Of a DNA stretch of 64,000 nucleotides, positions 17,301 through 24,753 are shown in pieces; the first letter of the stretch is position 1, and every line of letters begins with the position of its first letter. The notes under the pieces were generated by a model. The model did no database searches. It was not told the DNA's origin and saw nothing but the letters and a program-made list of their open reading frames with translations. The position numbers and the translations under genes were made by a program. Source of the DNA: a virus; IMG/VR virus record IMGVR_UViG_3300037760_000179, positions 29,708 to 93,707 of that record. One strand, 5' to 3'.

Positions 17301-20243
17301 CTGGGTGGCGTCTACTCGCCAGTCTCGCCCTCCGGCGCCTCGTCGTCCTCCGCCCGGGGCAGCATCTCCGCCAGCACTTCCCGCTCCGCGGTCGGCCGGG
17401 CCGCCATCATCCGTTCCCACCGCTCCTGGAACGGCCGGTCCGCCGGGATCGTCTCCTCCAGCGCCTCCGCCCGGTCGAGTACCCGGGTCTCGATCTGTTC
17501 CCCCAGGTTCTGGAAGAACGTCTCCCGGCTGCTCATCTGGGCGTACTCCGCCGGCCGGTACTTCTGCCAGTGCGCCATCGCCATCCGGCCGTACTGATTC
17601 ATCCGAACCCGGCCCCCCTCTGTCGACCTCTGGCAGGACGGATCGTAGCAGCGCCTGGCCGATCTCCTCCCGCGTCGCCGATTTCGACACCTCGACTCCA
17701 CGGCGGACGGCGGTGCGGCGCAGCTGGTCCCCGCTGAACCCTTCCAGCGGGTCACCGGCCTGGTTACCGGCCTTCCAGGTCTCGATGCGGGCGGCCAACC
17801 GCTCGCGGAACTGGCCACCCTTGCCGCCTAGGGTGCCTTTAGGCCAGCGTGGATGGTGGTCAGCATTCCATGCCGCCTCGACGTCGCCATCGCCGTCGAG
17901 TTCGCCAGCCACGCGGGCCAGCGCCCACAGCAAGTCCTCGATGTCATCGTCGGCTGCGCCGTCCGCACTGTCAGCCCGGCGGCGGCGGCTGATCCGCGCC
18001 CGCAACTGGCCTCGGCAGCGGCTGCGCCCCTCGCACTGCCAGTACCGGCCCACCGGGTAGTCAGCCAGCGCCCCGGCCAGCGTCTCGTACACGGTGCCGT
18101 CGATCTCGCGGCACGGACCGCACGTGTTGGTGTCGTTGCGCTCGTCCGCCACCCACACCACCGGCACGCCCAGCGCCTGTAGCCCGCGGAACACCGCCGC
18201 ACGGCCCAGATGCACCGCAGCGTGCACAGCAGCTGCAAGCTCCCCGGCGACAAACCCCCGCGCCGCGCCGCGCTGCTGGGTGGTGGCGGTGGAAGTCAGA
18301 TCCTCGGCCGCCCGGGTGACCGCGGCGGCGGCGTCGTCGGGGTCGGCGTCGGGGCCGGCTGCCAACACGGCCCGGGCAGCGGCGGACGTGTAGCCGCCGA
18401 CGATCAGGTGGGCGGTGGCGTCGGCCAGCTGGTCCAGCCGTGCCGTGTCCACGTCGGGTAGGCCCGGGTCGGCCCCCTGTGCGGCGACCGCGGACCGGGC
18501 GGTGCGGGCCGACGTGGCGGCCACGTCACGTAGCTGCGCCCGCAGCCCACCGGCCACCGCCCCGACCAGGCTGGGGCCGACCGTCAGTGTCGCCAGGGTG
18601 GCGACGGTTCCGGCGGAGGCGGCTTCGGCTGCGGCCTGGGCCAGCGGCGGCACGATGGGCGCGGCCAGCAGCGGCCAGGCGGCCAGCAACGCCAGCAGCG
18701 CGGCGGACGAGTCTTCCTCGACCTGCCGCATCTCGTCCTCGGCCTGCTGCTGCTCGTCCTGTTCGGTCTGGGCGGCGACGAACAGGTCCGGCTGCTCGTA
18801 CCGCACCGGGCCGGGCGGTGCGGCAGCCTGCACCGGGCCGGATGGCGCCGGCTTGGGCTCAGGCCCGGGCGGGGTCGGCCCGGGTGCGGGACTGCCTCCG
18901 GCCGGCGGGTCCTGGCCGGGCACCTGCACCGGCCGACTGCGGTCCGGCGCCGGCAGCCGGTACTCTTTGCGGACCCACTCCTCCAGCCCCGGATCGGCTG
19001 ACAGGGCACCGGAGGCCAGCAGCAGCTGCAACGACTCGGCGGTCACCTCACGGCGTGAGGCGATCCCCGACGCCCACACCTTCGGCACCGGCTCGTCTTC
19101 GTCGTCCCAGTTCCACGCGACCAGCCGGGCGGCGACCTGCCGGGTCACCACGTCGGCGATCTCCTCAGCGATGGACTCCAGGGCCAGCGTCCAAGCGTCG
19201 ATGAACGCGACGCCCAGCGCCCTGTTGCCGGTGGCGGTCTGCCCGAGGTCGAGGTGGCCCATCAGCGCCATGGTGGACATCTGCTGGTCCAGCCACTTCA
19301 CGAAGCCCATCGTGTCCGGGGTGCCACCGGACAGGCCCACCAGCTCCAGCCACGCACCGGGTGGCATCGCCGCGCCGGCGGTGTCCCCGGCCCGGGCGGC
19401 AGAGGCCATCTGCTGCGCCTGGGTCATCTGCGCCGGGGTCGGTGACATCGACTCCGGCCAGCGGACCACCGGCACACCCATGCCGAACCGGCGGGAGGAG
19501 GTGGCGAGGACCCGCATCATCTCCCGCTTGAACAGCCACGGCGCGAACGCCGGCCTAAGCAGCGAGGTGCCGAACCAGGACGCGCCCTCACGTTCGTGGC
19601 AGTACCACGCCAGCCGGTCCGCGCCGATCTCCGGCTTGTCGAACGGCCCGGCTGCCATCTCCTGGGAGATGCCGGCGAACGTGCCCCGCCGGGGCTCCAC
19701 GTGGATCTGGGTGATGGTGTGCTGCGGCCGGTCCCACAGGCCGACCAGGTGCGCCCGCCCGTCGCCGCCGATCTTGGCCTCAAGCTCGAACCCGGCATGC
19801 CCGAACGGGAGCATCGTCAACGCCGAGCGGAGGTGGTCGTGCCACGACAGGCCGTGGGCCGTTCCCACACCCGGGTTGTCGCGGCCGATCACCGGCAGGT
19901 CCAGGTCGTGGGCCACCAGGTCGACCACCTCGCGGCGGCAGCCGGTGGCGTCGATCTGCCAGGTGGCACGCAGCAGCATGTGGCAGTAGCCGGCCAGCAC
20001 CGCCGCCAGCTTCGCATCCCGCCGCATCGCGTTGTAGGTGGTCACGGACTGGGGCCACGCCACGTCCGGTACGGTCTCCAGGGCGTCGACCAGCAGCCCC
20101 TCGTACGCCGAGTCCTCGACGTACCCGCGCAGCGACGTGGGCGGCTTGAACACCTTGGCGCCGTTGGCGTGGGCGGCCATGATGTCCGCCGGGTGCGCCA
20201 TCACCGTGGCGCCGTTGACCGGTCCGTCTGGCAGCGGGTCCAC
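11355..20243 (-). CDS. Portal (DUF935-like) - MuF-like - DarB-like N6-adenine MTase/SNF2 helicase fusion, 2962 aa
   Basis: Portal N-term (GTSLLRPAF.PW, RRFGMGVP); MuF Cys motifs (NDTNTCGPCREIDG, CEGRSRCRG); MTase EPGSGSG and GNVPF; helicase HEVGSGKT, DEAH, TATP, QRDGRIVRQGN; no internal stop. Confidence 0.9.
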   Translation of the reverse strand: MDPLPDGPVNGATVMAHPADIMAAHANGAKVFKPPTSLRGYVEDSAYEGLLVDALETVPDVAWPQSVTTYNAMRRDAKLAAVLAGYCHMLLRATWQIDATGCRREVVDLVAHDLDLPVIGRDNPGVGTAHGLSWHDHLRSALTMLPFGHAGFELEAKIGGDGRAHLVGLWDRPQHTITQIHVEPRRGTFAGISQEMAAGPFDKPEIGADRLAWYCHEREGASWFGTSLLRPAFAPWLFKREMMRVLATSSRRFGMGVPVVRWPESMSPTPAQMTQAQQMASAARAGDTAGAAMPPGAWLELVGLSGGTPDTMGFVKWLDQQMSTMALMGHLDLGQTATGNRALGVAFIDAWTLALESIAEEIADVVTRQVAARLVAWNWDDEDEPVPKVWASGIASRREVTAESLQLLLASGALSADPGLEEWVRKEYRLPAPDRSRPVQVPGQDPPAGGSPAPGPTPPGPEPKPAPSGPVQAAAPPGPVRYEQPDLFVAAQTEQDEQQQAEDEMRQVEEDSSAALLALLAAWPLLAAPIVPPLAQAAAEAASAGTVATLATLTVGPSLVGAVAGGLRAQLRDVAATSARTARSAVAAQGADPGLPDVDTARLDQLADATAHLIVGGYTSAAARAVLAAGPDADPDDAAAAVTRAAEDLTSTATTQQRGAARGFVAGELAAAVHAAVHLGRAAVFRGLQALGVPVVWVADERNDTNTCGPCREIDGTVYETLAGALADYPVGRYWQCEGRSRCRGQLRARISRRRRADSADGAADDDIEDLLWALARVAGELDGDGDVEAAWNADHHPRWPKGTLGGKGGQFRERLAARIETWKAGNQAGDPLEGFSGDQLRRTAVRRGVEVSKSATREEIGQALLRSVLPEVDRGGPGSDESVRPDGDGALAEVPAGGVRPDEQPGDVLPEPGGTDRDPGTRPGGGAGGDDPGGPAVPGAVGTDDGGPADRGAGSAGGDAAPGGGRRGAGGRDWRVDATQVFRPRSQADLAPNTATKRLDANLVALRTLRDLQESGRPASAEDQAKLARWSGWGSLPNVFKEPPPRGRFADAQAELKDLLTPEEFAAARRTTRTGHYTDADYVAAIWDAVRGLGFHGGEVLEPGSGSGTFMGMVPEDVAPDTHVTGVELDPITASIAAALYPNADVRAESFTDTKTRDGAFDAAIGNVPFSDTKLVDPEYNPGRRHNMHNHFILKSLRMTRPGGIGAFITSRYTMDSMSPAAREEMAELADLVGAVRLPSRAHEKAAGTAVVTDLLVFRRREPDTPYAGLPFQAARKITIGDDDREVSVNGHFLDNPDMVLGTMVMGSGPKDAFGVRGDADAGPALREALDKVVSRAQAMGLTQTPGQRPRPAFAETGPDRVPEGFLRALPDGTFSRVTRGVEQPHEVPATQREELRELLRLRDTSIDLVNAEASSGDDTEQMKRLREDLNEIYDGYVAKWGPVSRFTEKRRAPKGGEDEDDVEEQRVTRTRPPQGGFRSDPFSAAVRALENYDPLTGNATKTDIFHRRTIAPRTPRTSAESAADALAITVDQLGEVDLAHIADLLDVDEPTARDRLGTLVFDEPGSGRLAPAAEYLSGNVRQKLDVARLAAAEDPDAFAPNVEALERVLPPDLTPVDINAKMGAGWIEPAYVQQFLREILRDPTLTVERPHANAWKVRSDRKRSTAATTEWGIREMSGVDIAEDILGQKPIRVTEDGKLNRDKTEQAQAKAQEMADRFAEWLWEDPTRQRDLQDTYNRRFNSLVLRSYDGSDLELPGLNRDGFYAFPHRSAAVRRIIAEPSVGLWHEVGSGKTTTMVIGAMEMRRLGLVRKPAIVVPNHMLEQMTSEFLERYPQARVLAIGSDDLKGDKGGEKRREIVAKAATGDWDAVILTQGAFKRIPVSSETERDYLAGEVEPLRRSAARRRAQVVERVRADNEGASDEALRKLVGEALDNDPTVKELEGQVEKAEQRIKDQVGSTDRDPGLTFESTGIDYLFMDEAHTYKNLRTPSGIQGLGIPGSQIATDLHMKLHHLRSRNDRVATLATATPIANSVSEAYTMMRYLRPDLLEDMGVETFDEWAANFGEMTTRLEVAPTGGLRQHSRFAKFVNLPEFLRPWLVASDVKTADDLKDIVKTPDLVERVDADGNRTRAPETVVVPPSQELLDFMEQLVARAKTIPYPPEKGGDNMLKITGEGRAAALDLQMVGRDTAEPTKLDVAAGKIAAIYEKNKDAVYTDRAGNPVGVPGALQLVFSDIGTPGGKRKKTSGSDQDEAGSGLADFVAYEALRDKLVERGVPRNRVRFIHEANTDQEKAELFAAARDGRVAVLVGSTAKMGVGTNVQDRAVALHHVDAPWRPVDVQQRDGRIVRQGNKNPEVEVIRYVTEQSFDAYIWQAITTKSTFINQVMRGRLDVREVDDVGEFALTAQEVTALGTGNRWLIEHADASADLTRLQRARRNHEADQRNIAKRITDGEADVARSEQAIAQINEALPKRVDGKRFKISLGGTDYRDRTEAQQQLRKQIRTARDAPTVIGEFRGFPLRAGRTETGFSVELVGVPGSVSVRRGDLNSTDVIGDLQNALGRMERTLTRHVARTREARQDIEALRARVGRPFRDQDALEQAQERFMRVDRNLKQELARRGETPEPTDPAEKAAARKAAELADIKTRLDSGEGFQGLGELTAWLEADEALADRIPDDAGAKWGLLSPSGQLLVMKGRSGYDIVVPRVMRNAPVLSGFRTQKEARAFAEAVEGAGIPWNTGIDLAEWRRADGAGVGEVVGMLRAQTPGLDRSGTWNMLAVKAKVDRSVPERLREPLLQGQYRGDGLGAMSLVGLDPQHRDEIIEMLRAGSDPDRDLATAARLREYGLTEARDNGYEARRFALSAARRLENDYRQRVPQPLDGVRSRFQRDFDRIRYSVDLPRIEQILAEGDATGDFAAASAKLRAIVDEVRDKQRNPYGSREAADVASSLADVLDAFASRGT
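17312..17602 (-). CDS. Nested out-of-frame gene, TnpV-like helical protein (96 aa)
   Basis: GAGGGGG RBS, ATG at 17602, high GC3 codon usage. MNQYGRMAMAHWQKYRPAEY...FFQNLGEQI...AEREVLAEML resembles TnpV-like proteins. Confidence 0.75.
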   Translation of the reverse strand: MNQYGRMAMAHWQKYRPAEYAQMSSRETFFQNLGEQIETRVLDRAEALEETIPADRPFQERWERMMAARPTAEREVLAEMLPRAEDDEAPEGETGE

Positions 20244-20402
20244 AACCCACCCCCCTCGGTGCCGGGTCGGTCCGGGAGTTCAGCCGGTCGGGTGTCGGAT
20301 ACCGGACGCGGGGGTTGCCCGGGCGCTACCCATGCGAGGACCATGGCCGGGAAGTGGGCGCACCCCCGGCGCCCCTCCAGACCCGCGCAGGAGACGCCGA
20401 TC

Positions 20403-20651
20403 ATGGGCATGTGGCAGAACCATCGAGCCCGGCAGGCCGGGAAGTACCAGAAGGTGGTAGCACAGCAGCAGGCGCAGCTCTTGCGGCAGCAGGTCGCCAT
20501 GTCCCAGCCGGCCCACACGCAGGCCACCTGGCAGGCCGGCTACGAGCAGGCGCGGGCCGACGGCTGGCTTGACGGCTGGCGCGCCGGGCAGGCTGACCTG
20601 ATTAACGCGCTGAAGACCGGCCGGGTCCGATGGGAGGACATCTCCCGGTGA
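20403..20651 (+). CDS. Hypothetical protein, opposite-strand moron between terL and portal
   Basis: CAGGAG RBS, ATG at 20403; fills the intergenic gap. Confidence 0.6.
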   Translation: MGMWQNHRARQAGKYQKVVAQQQAQLLRQQVAMSQPAHTQATWQAGYEQARADGWLDGWRAGQADLINALKTGRVRWEDISR

Positions 20652-20673
20652 TCGCGCTGGGCTGCCTGGACGG

Positions 20674-23223
20674 CTAGAACGACACCGTCTCCAGGTCCAC
20701 CTGGCCGTTGCCGCCGAACGGGTCCGGGTCGGGGTCCGGCGCACCTCCTACGGTGGCGTGCCCGGCCCGGTTCAGCAGCGGCGCCCACTTGGTGATCGAC
20801 ACCCGCGTCGCCAGCGACCCGACGTCCACGGTGTCGTCGTGCGCCGCCGCCGGGAACGCCGCGTGCTCATCGATCCACGTCGGCAGCCAGTGAGCACCGG
20901 CCGGCAGCCACACCCGCCCACCCGAGCACCACGCCGAGTACGGCAACGCCCGGGACAGCTTGTCCTGCTCGGCCTGAACCGGCGAGACCGGCACGCCACT
21001 CTGGGTGGCCTCCTTCACCAACGTGAACCCGTACTGGGACGCCTCCGCAAACAGGGTGTCCAGTTGCCACCGCTCCACCAGCGGCCGGGCCTGCGCGAAG
21101 TGCTGCTCCTCGCCGATCTGCGCCCGGGTCACGTCCAGCAACACCAGGTCCCCGGCCAGCGTCCGCGCCCATGCGGCGATCACCGTGTAGTCGGCCGAAG
21201 TGCGGGTGGACGCGGCAAGGTCGACCGTGCCGAACCGCCACGAGTCCCGCAGGTCCGCAACCCGGCCACCGAGGTAGATCCGGTGCTCTCCGGCGGGGGT
21301 CCAGTACCGCCACCAGAGGCGCTTGAACAGGTTCCCCTCGGCGGGTGCCGGCCGCTGCTGGAACAGAGCCGCCCACACGTACTCGCCGACGTCTTTGCGG
21401 CGTTCTTCCCAGTCCTTCGCGGTCCGGCCGCGGGCGGAGGTCATGTACTCGCCCTCGGCGCGACCGAGCAGGTCCGTTTTCGGGTTCTCGCACTGGGCGG
21501 GGATCGAGACGACCCGCCACTTTCCGCCGGCGGCCTTGTCGCCCTCGGTCTCCAGCAGCTTGCCAGCGAGGTCGGATTCGTGCCAGCGTGTCGTCATCAG
21601 CAGCACTTTGCTGTTCGGGCCGAGCCGGGGAATGGCCACGGCCTGCCAGAACCGCCACGCGCGCTCGCGGTATTTGACCGAATTCGCCTGTTCGAGGTCT
21701 TTGTGAGGATCGTCTATAATGAGCAGATCCACAGCCTTGCCAGATAGACTGCCAGCGATCCCTACGCATGAGACACTCCCATGTGTACCTCTGACCCGCC
21801 AGTAACCTGCGGCTGGGCGCTCATAGAGCCGCAGCCCAAGGTCGATCTGATCCTCGGCCCCACTGAACGTCTCCACGTCCAGCCGCAGCTGCCAGCCCCA
21901 CCGTCGCGCTATGTCATCGGAGTACGACACTATGGCAACGCGAGTCCCGGCGTCCTGCGTGAGGGTCCATAGGGGAAAGAAGCGGGAGCACCGCTCGCTA
22001 TTGTGGGTCGGCAGCATCCCTTCGCCGACCAGGTACAGCCCGTCATCGGTGTCGACCGTGATGCAGCGGCCGACGTTCGGGGCCTCTGCCGCGATGGCGG
22101 TTATCGAGGTGCGCTTCCGGGCGCCTCCCAGCCGTACCGCAGCCTTGCGCTCCAGTCGTGCCGGCCCTTGGTCGTGCGGAGTGAAGGTGACCCGCCACAT
22201 CGCGAGCTTCCCCTGAATCCCCGACGACGAGAGCTTCGGAGGCGTCGGACGGTGCACATGGGCTCGGTAGCCGAGCGTACGGATCAACTCGGCGGTACTG
22301 CGGACCAGGCCCTCGTTGGCGTTGTCGAAACTGACCTGCCCACTCGCGGACACATGCCCGTCCGTGTCGATCAGACCGGCCAGCAGCGCCCTACGCTGCC
22401 GAGTGGAGGCCCGCAGGTACGCCGCCGGGATGTGCTTGTTGCCGAAAACGCCGGCCTCACGCAGGTCACGCTGCATTTGGCCGCTGTAGTACGTGGTGAT
22501 GATCCCGGTGGTTGGATGGACGCAGCGCGCGGTCGCGGTGTAGGCCATCTCGTAGCAGTCGTCCGGGTGGTGCGTGATGGCGGGCTTGGTCGTGCTGCCA
22601 TCGCCGAGCCACACGCCAAGCGTGTACGGCTCGACGGGAAGGTCGACATCCGGGCAGTCAAGGGCCTCACGCAGCGGCAGGAAGAAGCGGTACCAGTGGC
22701 CGCGCTTTCCCGGCGGCCCCGACGATAGAGGGACGGCGGCGAGCTGCCTGGTCTCCATCGTGAGCCAGCGTCCACGCTTACGATCCCAGACCGTCCACTC
22801 ATGCGCAGGGTGGACCAGGATTGATGTGTGGTCGCTGAAGTGGACGCGCAGCGAGGCCATCGCGGGCTCGTGGACCTCCGCCACCTTGACCTGCCGCCCA
22901 CTGGGGTGGAACACGACCGACCCAGGACGCAAGTCACCGTGCCGGACCCACCCATCAGGCGTTGGTACGCGGGTGTCGTCCGCTACCAGCTTGCCTTCCT
23001 GAGGTGGAGCGAAGATCATCAATCTCTTGTCGCGCCCGTCGGCGAGATCCAGCAACGCCTGGTCGACGAGCCGCAGCGCCGGGGTCTGGATCATCCGGTT
23101 GTCAAGCTCAACCGCCATGTCCCCGGGCGCGGCCCAGCGGCGCGGCTTGGACTCGAACGAGCGGGCGGCATACTCCCAAGGTGACAGCTCGGGGCGCCTG
23201 TCCATCATCACCATGCGAACCAC
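20674..23223 (-). CDS. terL: Terminase large subunit containing an intein
   Basis: Walker A PPQEGK/S, Walker B LLIIDDP, TRWH, ALFQQRP, nuclease DLAAS, FP..HDDTVD; exact start uncertain. Confidence 0.95.
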   Translation of the reverse strand: MVRMVMMDRRPELSPWEYAARSFESKPRRWAAPGDMAVELDNRMIQTPALRLVDQALLDLADGRDKRLMIFAPPQEGKLVADDTRVPTPDGWVRHGDLRPGSVVFHPSGRQVKVAEVHEPAMASLRVHFSDHTSILVHPAHEWTVWDRKRGRWLTMETRQLAAVPLSSGPPGKRGHWYRFFLPLREALDCPDVDLPVEPYTLGVWLGDGSTTKPAITHHPDDCYEMAYTATARCVHPTTGIITTYYSGQMQRDLREAGVFGNKHIPAAYLRASTRQRRALLAGLIDTDGHVSASGQVSFDNANEGLVRSTAELIRTLGYRAHVHRPTPPKLSSSGIQGKLAMWRVTFTPHDQGPARLERKAAVRLGGARKRTSITAIAAEAPNVGRCITVDTDDGLYLVGEGMLPTHNSERCSRFFPLWTLTQDAGTRVAIVSYSDDIARRWGWQLRLDVETFSGAEDQIDLGLRLYERPAAGYWRVRGTHGSVSCVGIAGSLSGKAVDLLIIDDPHKDLEQANSVKYRERAWRFWQAVAIPRLGPNSKVLLMTTRWHESDLAGKLLETEGDKAAGGKWRVVSIPAQCENPKTDLLGRAEGEYMTSARGRTAKDWEERRKDVGEYVWAALFQQRPAPAEGNLFKRLWWRYWTPAGEHRIYLGGRVADLRDSWRFGTVDLAASTRTSADYTVIAAWARTLAGDLVLLDVTRAQIGEEQHFAQARPLVERWQLDTLFAEASQYGFTLVKEATQSGVPVSPVQAEQDKLSRALPYSAWCSGGRVWLPAGAHWLPTWIDEHAAFPAAAHDDTVDVGSLATRVSITKWAPLLNRAGHATVGGAPDPDPDPFGGNGQVDLETVSF
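22000..22989 (-). mobile_element. Class 3 intein with LAGLIDADG homing endonuclease (330 aa)
   Basis: Inserted between K and S of Walker A; block B HPAHEW, F-block GRCITVD, terminal THN/S; LGVWLGDG and LLAGLIDTDG. Confidence 0.9.
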
Positions 23224-23357
23224 CGCCGGACGGCAGCACGGGCACGGGTAACCTCAGCCATGTCGACTCCAACCAGTCGGCGACAGCCCGGTGGGTGTTA
23301 GCCGCACCTGCCGGGCCTTACGTTGATGTCATTATCGCACGTCGGTGCGACAGCGGG

Positions 23358-24017
23358 TCAGGCGGCGAGCCCCCCCGCGATCGCCCGCAGATGCCGCACC
23401 ACCACGTCCGGGGCGCGCTGCTGCTGCTCCGGCGTCAACGCCAGATCGGCCAGAATCCGGCGGATCACATCCGACAACAACGCGCCCTGCTCCTCAGCAA
23501 GGCGGACCTTCCGCTCCTCGATGCCGGCCGCGATCGCCGCCTTGACCACGGCGAGCAGGTGTTTCCGCTCCTCCTGCCACAGCCGTATCCAGGCGTGCGC
23601 GGTCGCCGAGTAGGTGGTGTCGGTACCCGGGAACTCGCCAGAGTCGCGGGCCACTTCCTCGGTGCGTCCCCAGATCACCTCGTCGGGGGTCAGCGCCTGG
23701 ACCTGCTTGTGCAGCCAGTCCACGGCCCCGGCGGTGCGGTACACCTCCTCCAGGAGGGCGTCGCGGGGGTCGATCTCACGGGGGAGGCCGAAGGTCTTCA
23801 CCGCCGCGGCGGCCTGCGCCTTGGCGGCATGCTTGTTGTGATTCTCGGTGTTGCCCCCGTGGAGCTTGCAACAGCCGACGCCGCGATGCGCGGTACCCCA
23901 GCCGGCCGGGCGTTCACAGGGCTCGCCGGTGCCGCCACGCTTCTTGTCCCGCTTCGGCGCGCCACAGAACGGACTGTCATGACCTTGACTGGAAGGTGTG
24001 TCTGTCAAGACCTTCAC
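23358..24017 (-). CDS. Probable terminase small subunit (HGGxSTG-like domain)
   Basis: CGA..C..PAGWGT.H.G.GCCKLHGG followed by a helical C-term; directly upstream of terL. Confidence 0.7.
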   Translation of the reverse strand: MKVLTDTPSSQGHDSPFCGAPKRDKKRGGTGEPCERPAGWGTAHRGVGCCKLHGGNTENHNKHAAKAQAAAAVKTFGLPREIDPRDALLEEVYRTAGAVDWLHKQVQALTPDEVIWGRTEEVARDSGEFPGTDTTYSATAHAWIRLWQEERKHLLAVVKAAIAAGIEERKVRLAEEQGALLSDVIRRILADLALTPEQQQRAPDVVVRHLRAIAGGLAA

Positions 24018-24026
24018 CTCCAGCGA

Positions 24027-24434
24027 TCATGGACCGGCAGCCGCCACCTCGGACAACGTTTCGTAGATCTCATGCCAACCCGCTGGTGGCGCCTCCCCGG
24101 CGTGCCGCCACTCCGACTCGGCGATATCCATCACGGACAGCAGCAGCAGGGCACCCTCGGGGCCAACCACTAGCGTCGGCCCGGTGACTACCCGAATGTC
24201 GAGCTCGCCCCCTGCTGGGACGGCGTCCGCCGGGATCGCCCCGGCTGGTTGCTGCTCATCCATCTCCCGTAGTGCACGGGCCCGATGGGTTGGAGTGCAG
24301 CCCCCGTGGAACTTGCAGCGGCCGATGCCTGGGTGGTCGGTCCCGTAGCCAGCGGCCATGCCGCAGTCCTGCTGCGACCCGTCGCGCTTCCTGGCTCCGC
24401 ACTTCTTGGTTGCCGGCTTGGTCGCGGTGGTCAC
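24027..24434 (-). CDS. Second HGGxSTG-like domain protein
   Basis: CGARKRDG..CGMAAGYGTDHPGIGRCKFHGG; GTGA-coupled start. Confidence 0.7.
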   Translation of the reverse strand: MTTATKPATKKCGARKRDGSQQDCGMAAGYGTDHPGIGRCKFHGGCTPTHRARALREMDEQQPAGAIPADAVPAGGELDIRVVTGPTLVVGPEGALLLLSVMDIAESEWRHAGEAPPAGWHEIYETLSEVAAAGP

Positions 24435-24673
24435 GCCGCCAGCTCCTCGTCCAGCCCCACTGCACGCAGCCAACGGGCGGTATTGATCCGAACCGACGTG
24501 CCGATCCGGATGCTCGGCCACTCGCCGCTCTTTGCGGCCGCATAACCGTGGCGCTTCGACACACCTACGACTGCGGCGGCGCGCTCAACAGTGATCATCG
24601 GCTCGGTCGCCGGATCAGGGATGCTGCGCTCGACCGGCAGGTCGTTTTTCGTGACAGAGTTGTCGTGAGTCAC
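24431..24673 (-). CDS. Excisionase-like HTH DNA-binding protein (probably leaderless)
   Basis: ITVERAAAVVGVSKRHGYAAAKSGEWPSIRIG; TAGAAT -10 element 7 nt before the GTG. Confidence 0.75.
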   Translation of the reverse strand: MTHDNSVTKNDLPVERSIPDPATEPMITVERAAAVVGVSKRHGYAAAKSGEWPSIRIGTSVRINTARWLRAVGLDEELAA

Positions 24674-24753
24674 GGAGTTCATTCTACGCGCAGGTGTTGG
24701 CCCGACCCACCCAGCGCGCCGAACGCTTGCGGTGCCAGGTGGAGCCGTCGGCC

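Noticed and set aside
11355-20243. Giant ORFs as frameshift or assembly artefacts
   Set aside because: Domain junctions carry consistent linker and leader motifs in both polyproteins, which argues for genuine fusions. Read-level confirmation is still needed.
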